Assembly: GCA_945877765.1 (NCBI GenBank)
Contig: CAMDWQ010000009.1
Coordinates: 7,409 to 71,408, forward strand
Reading direction: 5' to 3'
Source of the DNA: Candidatus Omnitrophota bacterium
GTDB taxonomy: Bacteria > Omnitrophota > Gorgyraeia > 2-02-FULL-51-18
Length of the DNA stretch: 64,000 nt
Under the pieces are notes generated by a model, which saw only the letters and a program-made list of their open reading frames with translations, was not told the DNA's origin and searched no databases. Shown here piece after piece: positions 30,397 through 40,058 of the stretch (the stretch's first letter is position 1; the number at the start of each line of letters is the position of its first letter). Made by a program: the position numbers and the translations under genes.

Positions 30397-30748
30397 ATCG
30401 GCGGAATGAACCTAAATCATAAATAGGCGAGGATTTTAAAAGTTCGCGCAATTCATTGGTTTTGCCACTGATTAATTCGGCTACAAATTCAGTGTTGATC
30501 TTCTCGGCAACCATTTTCCAAAAACGCGCAGGGGCTGGATGATTAATAGCCGTTAGCATATTATTTTGAATAGCAAATTTTAACTGATGCTCAGTTAAGG
30601 CTTTCATCTCATCCGTTGCGCTTTTTCTGGATACTCCAACTCCCACTATATCTAGAGTTAAATTATGAGACACCCATTTCTTTCCATCCTTATATAAAGC
30701 AATGGTTAGTTTATTCTTAAAGTGGGTTTTTGAGAGAGTAGATTTCAT
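30380..30748 (-). CDS. HicB-like antitoxin
   Basis: LYKDGKKWVSHNLTLDIVGVG.S...A..E resembles the HicB N-domain; overlaps the HicA-like gene. Confidence 0.6.
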   Translation of the reverse strand: MKSTLSKTHFKNKLTIALYKDGKKWVSHNLTLDIVGVGVSRKSATDEMKALTEHQLKFAIQNNMLTAINHPAPARFWKMVAEKINTEFVAELISGKTNELRELLKSSPIYDLGSFRRFAKAR

Positions 30749-30912
30749 ATTTGAAATTATGCCATACAGGAGCTGTTAACACAAGGGGGTGGAATTCATG
30801 ACGGGGCTGGCGCAGTGACGACGCGAAGGCTATCCATGCCGAAGCGAAGTACCGACTATACGGATAGTCGGCCAGGACCCGTTGCGACACATTACGCCAC
30901 CACACCTAAGCA

Positions 30913-31380
30913 CTAAGGTTTTTCGCTAAACAAATCCCCTTGGCTGCCTATGCGGACAATATCTTCGATTTTGATTTTAAGAAAAATAACACGGTTGGAA
31001 ATTTCTAACTCAAAATGTTTATGCCGCTTTCCTGTCTTCATTCCCTCAATGACGCGGTCTGCGGAAATTTGGATTAATTTTTTTTCAAATCCTTTGAGCA
31101 AAGTATCAAAAGCGGCTCCGCTCTCAATGAGCTCGGCAGATCCACTCATCCGGTAGCCTTCTAGATTTTCGACATCCATAAAAGCCATTGAAGCGCGCGG
31201 ATTAACACGCAGATTATCAACCGTCCTGGCAATCGCGTGATCCGCTAGATAAAAGTATTCGCCTTCAATTTTATAAAGAATCTTCGGTGCCGCGTGAGGC
31301 TCGCACTTTTTATCGGCAGTGGCGATGCTTAGGTAATAGCGGTTTCTTAATAATGAGATTATTTTATCAGGGATGATCAT
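30913..31380 (-). CDS. Pyridoxamine 5'-phosphate oxidase-like FMN-binding protein
   Basis: IATAD...PHAAPK, RT..NL..NP, GYRMSGSA; start ATG 31380 preferred. Confidence 0.8.
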   Translation of the reverse strand: MIIPDKIISLLRNRYYLSIATADKKCEPHAAPKILYKIEGEYFYLADHAIARTVDNLRVNPRASMAFMDVENLEGYRMSGSAELIESGAAFDTLLKGFEKKLIQISADRVIEGMKTGKRHKHFELEISNRVIFLKIKIEDIVRIGSQGDLFSEKP

Positions 31381-34300
31381 AGGACTTTTTTTCAAATTTA
31401 GAAAAAATTTCATACGCGCAGGGAACGACGTAAAGCGTCAGTACGGTCGAAAACAAGACGCCGCCGACGATTGTCACCGCCATAGGCACCATGGTTTCAG
31501 AACCCGATCCCCGCGCTAGGGCAACCGGAATCGCCGCCACAATCGTAGCCACGGAAGTCATCAAAATCGGACGAAGACGAATGGGACAGGCCTCTAGAAG
31601 CGCTTCACGCACCCCTTTTCCATGACGCCGGCTCTCATTGGTAAAATCCACCAAAAGAATGGAATTTTTTTTGACAATTCCCATAAGAAGAATAATACCA
31701 ATCATGCTGTACAGATTAAGCGAATTACGGCTCAGCCAGAGAGCGACAAACGCTCCGGTGATACTAAAAGGCAAAGCCAGAAGAACCGTGACCGGGTGAA
31801 TGAAACTATTGAATTGAGTCGCCAGCACCATGTACGCCACAAACAAGCCCAAAAGAAGCGCAAATTTTAAGCTGTCCGAAGATTCCTTAAAAGCCTGGGA
31901 GCCGCCGGAGAAAACCGCATGATATCCGGAAGGTAAAACTTCCTGGCTAATTTTTTTGACCAGATCCAAAGCCTCCTGCTGCGAATGGCCCGGGGCAGGG
32001 TTGGCGTAAATGCTGATGGCTCGTTCGCGATTTTTACGCGTGATGGAAAATAAAGTGGGTTTTACTTCGGACGTCACCACAGAAGATAGGGGCACCACTT
32101 CCCCGCTTTGATTACGCACCCACACTTTTTGAATATCGCCCGGACTAGATCGGTCGGTATCGGCCAGACGTACACGCACGTCATAGCGCTTTCCGTGTTT
32201 AGTAAACTTACCATTACGCACGCCGCCCACGGTGGCGTTAATGGTATCGGCTATGGAATGAATGTTGACTCCGTGCTCCGCTGCTTTTTGGCGGTCAGGC
32301 CGCACCTGGACTTCCGGCATTCCCAGTTGATAATCCGTATCGACGTCGATCATAAGCCCCGAAGCTTTCATCCGCTCCATCAGAGTCGTGGCGGATTTTC
32401 CCAACTGCTCCCAATCCTGCCCTTGGATCGTAAACTCCACCGGAAACCCTCTTTTGGCTGAAAAGCCCGATAAAGACAGATCTTGCATCACCGCGCGCTG
32501 AACGCCGGGAATGGCGCCAAATTCTTTTCGAAGGGTCTGCATGAATTCAGCTTGAGTCACCCGATGGCCATTGACTACGGGCCGGTCATGAATCTGCTTC
32601 ATCGTGACAAAAAGCATGCCGGTATTGGTTTGTCCGCCGCCAAAACCACCGACCGCGCTATAGTACTTGGATGCCTCCTCCCGCTTCATGACAATCCCCT
32701 CGGCGATTTTCATCACTTCATTTGTTTTTTCAATCGACGAACCCAGCGGCAGAACAACGCGAGCCAAAAACCGGCTCTGATCCTGCGAGGGGACAAATTC
32801 TTTTTTCAAAACTGTCGTCAATGCCAGTGAGGCGATAAAAATTAACACAGAAACAATCAGTACCATGACACGGTGGCTTAAGAAAAAACCTAAAGAGCTC
32901 TTATAAGCAGAAGTTAAATTTTTCAAATGGCCGTCCACAAATTTACCCAGACGCGTCGTATGCCCGACATCCAAAAATTGCGAGCATCGCATCGGCGCTA
33001 TCGTGAGCGCTTCCAAAAGCGAAAAAGCCACAGCGACAGAGATTGTAATACCAAATTGATAAAAAAACTTCCCCACTGTCCCCTTCATAAAAATAACTGG
33101 GATAAAAATTGCCAAAATCGCAATCGTTGCCGCCAATGCCGCAAAAGTAATTTCGCGCGCACCCGTGATGGCCGCTTGCACGCGGTGGAGACCCTTTTCT
33201 TGGTAACGTGAAATATTTTCCAAGACCATGATGGCGTCATCCACCACAATCCCGATGACCAGAGACAGGCCCAGCATCGTAAATGTATTCAGCGTAAATC
33301 CGAGAAGGTGAATCACAAAAAACGTGCCAAAGACAGAGACGGGAATCGCCAAAAGCACGTTGAGCGTCGCACTCCACGAACCCAAGAAGAAAAAACAGAC
33401 CAGCGATGTCAAAATGACCGAGAAAATTAAGTTCCGGGTCAGCTCATGGACTGAATCTTTAATAAACTGCGTCGTATCAAATACAAAATTCAGATGCATC
33501 CCTTCGGGCAGGCGCGTCTGAACCTCTTTCATTTTTTTCTCTACCGCACGAGCAACCGCCACGGCATTACTGCCGCGCTGTTTGACGATGCCAAGCCCCA
33601 CCGCCGGGCGCCCGCCACTTCGAGAGATACGCCGTAAATCCTCGAGGCCATCCTCCACCACCGCCACGTCCTTGATTTTCATTTCGTTCCACACGGGCCC
33701 GCCGCGCACGCGCTGAGGAAGTATCATGTTCTCAAATTCTTGGGGGGTCTGGGCTTCCCCGTAAACGCGGACATTCATTTCCTGACTGCCGGTATCAATA
33801 TAACCGGAAGGAAGATTGGCATGTTGAGCGCTGATGCCGGCAAGTACATCCTCCACCGTGATCTCTTGTTCGCGCATTTTTTTAGCATCCAGCCAGATAC
33901 GAAGGCTGGGATTGATATAACCGCCAAGTCTCACCTCGCCGACGCCTGCGACAGTTGTAAATTCATTCTTTAGGCTCTCGCTAATGTAAAGCATGATGTC
34001 TTTCAGCGGACGGTCTCCTGAGACGGCCATCCAAAGAATGGGCTGGTCCTCGGGGTTGGATTTCGACACCACCGGCGTATCGATGTCTTGAGGGAGATTT
34101 CTTTGGGCTTGGGCAATTTTGGTTTGCACATCTTGAAGGGCCGCGTCGATATTGCGGTTTAAATCAAATTCGATCGTGATGTTGGCGTCTCCCTGACGGG
34201 AAACCGACGAGACTTCCTTAATTCCTTCGACACTCATCACCGCGTCTTCGATAATATCGGTGACTTCGGTTTCCATGACTTCGGGGGCCGCACCTTCCCA

Positions 34301-34450
34301 ATTGACCGAAACCGTCACCACGGGGAAATCGACATCCGGTAATTGGCTGACACCCAGCTCTTTAAAACCAATCCATCCAAAAACCAAGATGCCGATCATG
34401 AGCATCCAGGCAAATACGGGATTTTTAATAGATAGATCAGAGAGTGTCAT
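31367..34450 (-). CDS. RND efflux permease (AcrB/AcrD/AcrF family)
   Basis: PDVDFP, GIVVDDAI..LEN, KNSILLVDF, RLRPILMT. Confidence 0.95.
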   Translation of the reverse strand: MTLSDLSIKNPVFAWMLMIGILVFGWIGFKELGVSQLPDVDFPVVTVSVNWEGAAPEVMETEVTDIIEDAVMSVEGIKEVSSVSRQGDANITIEFDLNRNIDAALQDVQTKIAQAQRNLPQDIDTPVVSKSNPEDQPILWMAVSGDRPLKDIMLYISESLKNEFTTVAGVGEVRLGGYINPSLRIWLDAKKMREQEITVEDVLAGISAQHANLPSGYIDTGSQEMNVRVYGEAQTPQEFENMILPQRVRGGPVWNEMKIKDVAVVEDGLEDLRRISRSGGRPAVGLGIVKQRGSNAVAVARAVEKKMKEVQTRLPEGMHLNFVFDTTQFIKDSVHELTRNLIFSVILTSLVCFFFLGSWSATLNVLLAIPVSVFGTFFVIHLLGFTLNTFTMLGLSLVIGIVVDDAIMVLENISRYQEKGLHRVQAAITGAREITFAALAATIAILAIFIPVIFMKGTVGKFFYQFGITISVAVAFSLLEALTIAPMRCSQFLDVGHTTRLGKFVDGHLKNLTSAYKSSLGFFLSHRVMVLIVSVLIFIASLALTTVLKKEFVPSQDQSRFLARVVLPLGSSIEKTNEVMKIAEGIVMKREEASKYYSAVGGFGGGQTNTGMLFVTMKQIHDRPVVNGHRVTQAEFMQTLRKEFGAIPGVQRAVMQDLSLSGFSAKRGFPVEFTIQGQDWEQLGKSATTLMERMKASGLMIDVDTDYQLGMPEVQVRPDRQKAAEHGVNIHSIADTINATVGGVRNGKFTKHGKRYDVRVRLADTDRSSPGDIQKVWVRNQSGEVVPLSSVVTSEVKPTLFSITRKNRERAISIYANPAPGHSQQEALDLVKKISQEVLPSGYHAVFSGGSQAFKESSDSLKFALLLGLFVAYMVLATQFNSFIHPVTVLLALPFSITGAFVALWLSRNSLNLYSMIGIILLMGIVKKNSILLVDFTNESRRHGKGVREALLEACPIRLRPILMTSVATIVAAIPVALARGSGSETMVPMAVTIVGGVLFSTVLTLYVVPCAYEIFSKFEKKSYDHP

Positions 34451-34470
34451 GTTATTTCTTTGCTTCCTCT

Positions 34471-35844
34471 TTAGCCGGGCAGCGTGATGATCTCGCCCAC
34501 GGCTGATTTAAATTTCCAATAGCTTTCTTTCATCAAAAAGTAGGCATCATTATAGCGCACTTCCACGTCCTGGAGACGCCGCAGGGCATCCAACACATCC
34601 AGATTATTGACAAGGCTATGCCTATAGTCGGCAGAAACCAGTTTGTAATTACTTGTCGAAGCCTCGCGGGCTTTCCACAGCGCTCTTTCACGAAGACGCA
34701 TCGATCGCAAATCCTCCAAAGCATTTTGAATATCAAGCTCGGCCATCCGGCGTGATTGTTCCCATTCTAGGTGGCTAGTTTGGCGTGTGGATACAGCACT
34801 TTTAATATCTGCCATAGTTGTCCCCAACTCAAAAATAGGCACGTCCATCTGGACCGTCACGTCCCAATCACTGCCGGAAGAAAATCCTACACGGCGTGTG
34901 TAATAATTTCCCTCCGCTTTAATGGTGGGGAAAAGATCCGCCTGTGCGGCAATTACTTTTTTCTCAGAAACAATATAGGCTTGTTCATAAGCAGCGACGT
35001 CAGATCGCTGACGCGCCTTAAAATCAACCTGAGAAATCTCAAAAATCTCCTCTGGGATCTGCTCGTCAACCAATACACGCGCGCCCAGCGGCTGACCGAT
35101 ATAAAACGCGAAAAGATTTTTGGAAACAGCCAGTGCCGAGCGCGCCTCGATGAGCCCTGCCTCCAAGAGTCTTAAATCCGCCAGCCAAGTCTGCCTGTCC
35201 GTGCCTCGGAGACGACCAACCTTGATTTTGCGATTTAACTCCCGGAGGCGGTCAGCGCCAAGCCGGTGAGTTTTTGCAAGCGCACTGACATTTCGCTGGG
35301 CCTCCAGCACGGCATAGTAAGAGCTCATGACATCCACAAATAAAAGCTCCTTAGCCCGCTTCCACGCCAAGACCTGCTGTTTTTTGTCCGCTCCCGAGGC
35401 CTGCAAAGCCGCGATCTCACGAAAACCGCTAAACAATGGCTGAGTGAACGTAAATTTATTTTCCGGTGTCGTGCGGCGGCCGGTATTACTCACAGAGTCT
35501 GAGCTGCCTCCAACAGGATCACGAAAAGTTTCTGACATCACAAAATGCGCGGTGGGGAGAAAATAATTGAAGGAACGGTAAAATCGCGCCCGCGCCTGGT
35601 TGATATCTTCAAACGTGATGGCGACACTTTCGCTTTTTTTAAGCGCCAAGCGGTAAGCGTCTAAAAGCGTCAGTGATTGGATCGCTTCCGACCTGGTTTG
35701 GTTTAGCTCCGCTCTTTTTTGCTCCTGCTTTTTTGAAAAATTCCAGAAAGGAAATGCGTCGGCCGGGATGGTTGTAAAAAAAATACTTAATAAGCTAAGG
35801 GTGCCGATGGCTTTCAGATGGCGATTGAGGAAAAATTTTCTCAT
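34471..35844 (-). CDS. TolC-family outer membrane efflux protein
   Basis: Signal peptide, QPLFSG and VPIFE repeats, long helices; directly upstream of the RND gene. Confidence 0.85.
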   Translation of the reverse strand: MRKFFLNRHLKAIGTLSLLSIFFTTIPADAFPFWNFSKKQEQKRAELNQTRSEAIQSLTLLDAYRLALKKSESVAITFEDINQARARFYRSFNYFLPTAHFVMSETFRDPVGGSSDSVSNTGRRTTPENKFTFTQPLFSGFREIAALQASGADKKQQVLAWKRAKELLFVDVMSSYYAVLEAQRNVSALAKTHRLGADRLRELNRKIKVGRLRGTDRQTWLADLRLLEAGLIEARSALAVSKNLFAFYIGQPLGARVLVDEQIPEEIFEISQVDFKARQRSDVAAYEQAYIVSEKKVIAAQADLFPTIKAEGNYYTRRVGFSSGSDWDVTVQMDVPIFELGTTMADIKSAVSTRQTSHLEWEQSRRMAELDIQNALEDLRSMRLRERALWKAREASTSNYKLVSADYRHSLVNNLDVLDALRRLQDVEVRYNDAYFLMKESYWKFKSAVGEIITLPG

Positions 35845-35942
35845 GGTTTATTCATGTCTCGTCGTGGAGAGGGTGAGTATATCGCGTGAATTCATGCGCT
35901 GTCAAGCAAGCGCGCTAAAAAACAGTTCTATCGACTTAAAAA

Positions 35943-37349
35943 TTATTGCTTTTGATAAACGATAAACCCCGGCAAAGCCGAATCGCGGCCGGCAGGGCCA
36001 AACTGCGGCGGGTGCAGCCAGCCCATGTAGTCATTGCCTTCAGGAAAGGCGATTAGGCGCAAACGGGCAGGAAAGAAAGCGGCTAGGCGCTCTTCGGTGA
36101 GCGGATAACCTGCTATATTCCGGTCCATGACGGCATTCACGTCATGATAAAATTGACCCTCGGCAAACCAGTGAATGGGCGTCAACGTTGGAAAGTAAGT
36201 TTCCTGAGGATGCGCTTTAGCGTACTCGTAAGCCACGTTTGCCTGATTGATCTTCCCCGCCGGGCGCAGAATACCCGAAACGGCATACGCCGCCTGCGCC
36301 GCCGTCAGAAATAACATCAATAAAACCGTTATTTTTTTAAGGCCAAAAGGGCGCGCCGGCATCGCGGCGTTTTCTTGGCAAACCGAACCGAGCCACGCCA
36401 TCATCAAGCCTGTCAGCAGAAAATAATTGGTATAGCTCAAGGCATTGCGGGAACCTCCAATTTTGACAAAGCCAAGATAAGCCGCCGGAAGCATCAAAGC
36501 CGCCACCACTAAAAGGAGTATCCCTGGCGCCCGGCGCCATTTTTCTCGATGCCAAACCGCGATAAAAAAAACCGGTAAAATTAAAAGGTACTCCCGGATC
36601 AACTTGTCACAAAAAAGGAACAATGCCTGGATTCCCCCATTTTCTTTAAAGGGGTGATGGGCGGGAATTACCACGGTATTGAAAAATAAATTCTGGGCCC
36701 CAAAGACGGAGCCGAATAACAGTGTCCAAAAAATACCGTGGAATAAAAGAAACCCGCAATATCGAAAAAAAATCTTCCTGCCATCCGTTAGAAGAATGTA
36801 AATGGGAAGTGCTGCCACCAGAGGCGCCGCTACTAATTTGGACTCAACCGCCAAAACAGCCGTGGCGGCCGATAGGAATAAAGAAATCCAGCAATCGGGC
36901 TTTTTGCGAAAATACAGAAAAGCACAAGAGACCATGCCAAGGCCTAAAGTCGGCGCATCGACATGGACGTTGAAAGCCGCATTTTTGAGCGAGTACATCA
37001 TCAGAGTTAGAAAACAAAAACCAAAAAACAAAAGCCAGGCCCAGCGTCTATCGACGGCATGGGAAAATTTTCTTCCCCAAAAAATCCATCCCACGGGCAA
37101 TAGATAGAAAGTCAGCGCCAAAAAACAAGCGGCCCTCATTGCCGAGGCAGGTGTCGGAAAAAAAGTGGCCGGCAAATAAGCGATCACGGAGACGGGCCCG
37201 TAGAGGGTGTTGAGCGCGGGGCCGGAGTCTTTACCGTGATAAAGAGGAAGGCCGGCCGCCAGCACAAACGTTTTCTGAAGACGGTTCCAGTTGTGAATGT
37301 TATGAACGGAATTCAAAATTTGGGAAGCAAATAACAGGATCAGCGTCAT
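35943..37349 (-). CDS. Polytopic membrane protein (GT-C-like, hypothetical); frame is open upstream to 37487
   Basis: Many TM segments; YGP, VD, K, K.GG..N pattern. Confidence 0.65.
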   Translation of the reverse strand: MTLILLFASQILNSVHNIHNWNRLQKTFVLAAGLPLYHGKDSGPALNTLYGPVSVIAYLPATFFPTPASAMRAACFLALTFYLLPVGWIFWGRKFSHAVDRRWAWLLFFGFCFLTLMMYSLKNAAFNVHVDAPTLGLGMVSCAFLYFRKKPDCWISLFLSAATAVLAVESKLVAAPLVAALPIYILLTDGRKIFFRYCGFLLFHGIFWTLLFGSVFGAQNLFFNTVVIPAHHPFKENGGIQALFLFCDKLIREYLLILPVFFIAVWHREKWRRAPGILLLVVAALMLPAAYLGFVKIGGSRNALSYTNYFLLTGLMMAWLGSVCQENAAMPARPFGLKKITVLLMLFLTAAQAAYAVSGILRPAGKINQANVAYEYAKAHPQETYFPTLTPIHWFAEGQFYHDVNAVMDRNIAGYPLTEERLAAFFPARLRLIAFPEGNDYMGWLHPPQFGPAGRDSALPGFIVYQKQ

Positions 37350-37483
37350 TGCCGTCGTCGGAAGCAGCGCCGCGCAAAGCCGGTCCCAGAAATCCAGGGA
37401 GCTTTGGCGGCGCCAGGTCCAAAAAGCCGCGGCGCAAGCAAAACTGTACGCCGCGATTAATAGGAGAGGCTTTAAAAGAATGA

Positions 37484-38056
37484 TTATTTATTCAACTTTG
37501 TAAATTTAGCGCCTTCAAGCGTCAGGTTATACATCAAGCCCGCCTGACCAAAAACAAATCCGACAATTGGCTCTTTGAGTTTGGCGGTATCTATTTCACC
37601 ACCCGCGCCAACGGTCACAACCGCGATAGAAGCATCCACACCGGCCTTCCAACCAGAGCTGCCGCGAAATTTCTCCAACGCGTCATTCTGTAGAAAAATA
37701 ACAATGATCGATTTTTTCTGCGCACCCAGCTGAAAACCGATAGAAGCCGCGGCTGTGCTGTAATAATCAGCCGTTTTTCCTTTAATTCTTAACGCTCCCT
37801 CACCGTATTCCCCGCCGATCCCAATACCCGCTTTGAGCACTGACGGAAATACCAAAACGCCTTTAGCGTCTTTAACTAATTTTTTCCCGCCCTTCACTTC
37901 GTCATAAAAACGCTCGAGTGTCGAGTCCACGCTGGCTTCGATTTCGGATGAAGATCCCGCCCACACGCTTTTGACATCCATGGACGTCAACACGGAAATA
38001 ATTGAAAAACTTAAAAGAATACTGCTTATTTTTTTTAACATTCCCATTTTCATCAA
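37484..38056 (-). CDS. Ysc84/SYLF-family exported protein
   Basis: AKGVLVFP, GIGGEYGEG, SIGFQLGAQ, GLMYNLTLEG.KF. Confidence 0.85.
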   Translation of the reverse strand: MMKMGMLKKISSILLSFSIISVLTSMDVKSVWAGSSSEIEASVDSTLERFYDEVKGGKKLVKDAKGVLVFPSVLKAGIGIGGEYGEGALRIKGKTADYYSTAAASIGFQLGAQKKSIIVIFLQNDALEKFRGSSGWKAGVDASIAVVTVGAGGEIDTAKLKEPIVGFVFGQAGLMYNLTLEGAKFTKLNK

Positions 38057-38084
38057 GTACCTCGTTTTTTGTATGTTTTATTCG

Positions 38085-38744
38085 TTAAGCGATGACGTCC
38101 GCGTAAATCTGAAATTCGTAATTTTTTACACTCGTTCCTGTTCTTACTTCCTGCATCGAAGAAATCAACGCATTTTTGAAATAAGACGAATGATTGATAG
38201 CCGCTACGAATTGAACCACGAAGGATTGCTTGGCTGCAAAACCCCTCAGCATGAGTTTATTGTTTTTGATGGAATGATTTTTAAAACGAATCCCCTCATG
38301 ATTCAAGCGGTCAATTTTGAGCAGCACAGGATTTGTCACCGCGGTGGAAATCTTCGGCGGTCTGGCTTCCCTGTTGGCCGCCTGCCATAAGAGCCCTAGG
38401 ATTAACAAGGCAGCAGCCAGCGCTGCCACACCAACAATCACCGCGATAAAATTTAAAACTCTGATCGATTTTTCTGAATCATCCTGCGTTTGTTGTATCG
38501 GACTTGCGGCCGTTATTTCTTCGATTAGCCGAGAAACCTCTGGAATAGGAAGCACGGCTTCTACGATAGGCAGGGATTCCACAACAATCGGCGCTTCCTC
38601 GATCCAAGGTTTGACTCGATTGACTGGCTGGGCAGTAGGCGTCGAAAAATCGGTCAGCGGATGAGTGGCCTTCTCCTGGGCGGCTTGGATGGGGTCAAAA
38701 ATATCTTTCAAGATCGAATCAGTTGTTTTTTTATTTTTTTTCAT
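38085..38744 (-). CDS. PilN-like bitopic membrane protein
   Basis: Low-complexity N-terminus, single TM, then LMLRGFA....V.QFV.AI..S.YF..A....YEFQI. Confidence 0.55.
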   Translation of the reverse strand: MKKNKKTTDSILKDIFDPIQAAQEKATHPLTDFSTPTAQPVNRVKPWIEEAPIVVESLPIVEAVLPIPEVSRLIEEITAASPIQQTQDDSEKSIRVLNFIAVIVGVAALAAALLILGLLWQAANREARPPKISTAVTNPVLLKIDRLNHEGIRFKNHSIKNNKLMLRGFAAKQSFVVQFVAAINHSSYFKNALISSMQEVRTGTSVKNYEFQIYADVIA

Positions 38745-39886
38745 TGGAGAATAAACTTCGCCAGGACATTTTCCGCTTTGACGTTGAATAGCTGGTCGTC
38801 CTTTAAGATCACTTCACGAGCTAGGCTTCGATAATCGCGGGCGCCGCGCGCGGTGGGGTCATAAGTCAATACGGGCTCCCCATGCATCGCGGATTCTACC
38901 AGTTTGACATTCATATGAATGATACTTTCAAGCACCTGGTCTTTAAAATAATTGCGGATGGACTCAAGCATCTCACGGTTGACGCGGGCGCGTTTGTCAA
39001 AAAGTGTCGGCAAAATCAGCCCGTTTTTTAGCAAGGGATTTAATTTTTCCTGTATCGAGCGAATCGTCAAGAAAAGTTCCTTCATTCCCTCAATCGAAAA
39101 GTAATGTGTCTGGAGTGGAATAATCATCTCGTCCGATGCGGTCAGCGCGTTGACTGTAAGCGCGTTGAGAGCCGGCGGGCAATCAATGATCACATAGTGA
39201 AATGAATCTTTTACGGCCGCTAAATAATTGCGAAGAATATATTCCCAGTCTTTGCTTGCCGGGATTTCAACAGCCAACCCCGCTAAAAATTTGGAAGAAG
39301 GCAAAAGAGACACATGCGGTACTGCGGTTTTACGGATCAAGTCGAAGGGTGTGCGATTTTGATCTACAAAAATTGATTCGCGGAACACGTGGTACACCGT
39401 GCGCTCCTCGGGAGCCACACGCACCCCATAACCCAGCGTGGAATTGGCTTGTGCGTCGATATCGATTAAAAGAACCTCAAAACCCTGCTGGGCGAGCGCC
39501 GCCGAGAGATTGATTGCCGTCGTTGTCTTTCCACAACCTCCCTTTTGGTTGATCACCGAAAAAACACGGCCTCTTCTCTGAAAAAAATGTTCGTCGGCAA
39601 CAAATGGAATTTCAGGCTCGACCGGTGGACGGACTTTGGCTATTTTTTCTTTTTTTGCAGGTTTAGATCTTTTTCTGGCAACCGGTGCCGCCGCTACTTC
39701 TGGAGGAGGAGCCGCTGGTTGAGAAATTGCAGGTGCTGGTGCAGGCGTTGCTTGCGTCCGAGGCAAATTAGGGTTGGTAAACATCGGAGCCGGCGAATTT
39801 TTGGGAGCAGACGCCGGTGACCCAAAAAATTTCTTAAGAATATCGTTTTCAAAAATACTGGGCTTGGGTTCGGGTGTATCGGGCAT
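38741..39886 (-). CDS. ParA/Soj-family ATPase with ~105-aa Pro/Ala-rich N-terminal extension
   Basis: NQKGGCGKTTT, DIDAQAN, IDCPP, NALTAS, LPTLFD.R. Confidence 0.88.
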   Translation of the reverse strand: MPDTPEPKPSIFENDILKKFFGSPASAPKNSPAPMFTNPNLPRTQATPAPAPAISQPAAPPPEVAAAPVARKRSKPAKKEKIAKVRPPVEPEIPFVADEHFFQRRGRVFSVINQKGGCGKTTTAINLSAALAQQGFEVLLIDIDAQANSTLGYGVRVAPEERTVYHVFRESIFVDQNRTPFDLIRKTAVPHVSLLPSSKFLAGLAVEIPASKDWEYILRNYLAAVKDSFHYVIIDCPPALNALTVNALTASDEMIIPLQTHYFSIEGMKELFLTIRSIQEKLNPLLKNGLILPTLFDKRARVNREMLESIRNYFKDQVLESIIHMNVKLVESAMHGEPVLTYDPTARGARDYRSLAREVILKDDQLFNVKAENVLAKFILQ

Positions 39887-39942
39887 TAGCCTATTCCTTG
39901 ATTTGACCTCTCTAGGGCTAGACTAACACAAACCAACGCCAA

Positions 39943-40014
39943 CGTCATTCCCGAAAGTATTTATCGGGAATCAAACCTTAACATGATCCCCGATAAAAAA
40001 TTTCGGGGATGACA
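39943..40014. repeat. REP-like paired palindromes, family R
   Basis: CGTCATTCCCGA..TCGGGAATC plus GATCCCCGA..TCGGGGATGACA. Confidence 0.85.
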
Positions 40015-40058
40015 AGCGGTGTTATTCGTTCAGGAATGCTAAAGGGTTACGAAATTTC

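Noticed and set aside
30812-30872. Hammerhead-like core (GTGACGA...GAAG)
   Set aside because: It lacks the exact CUGANGA, GAAA and UH elements.
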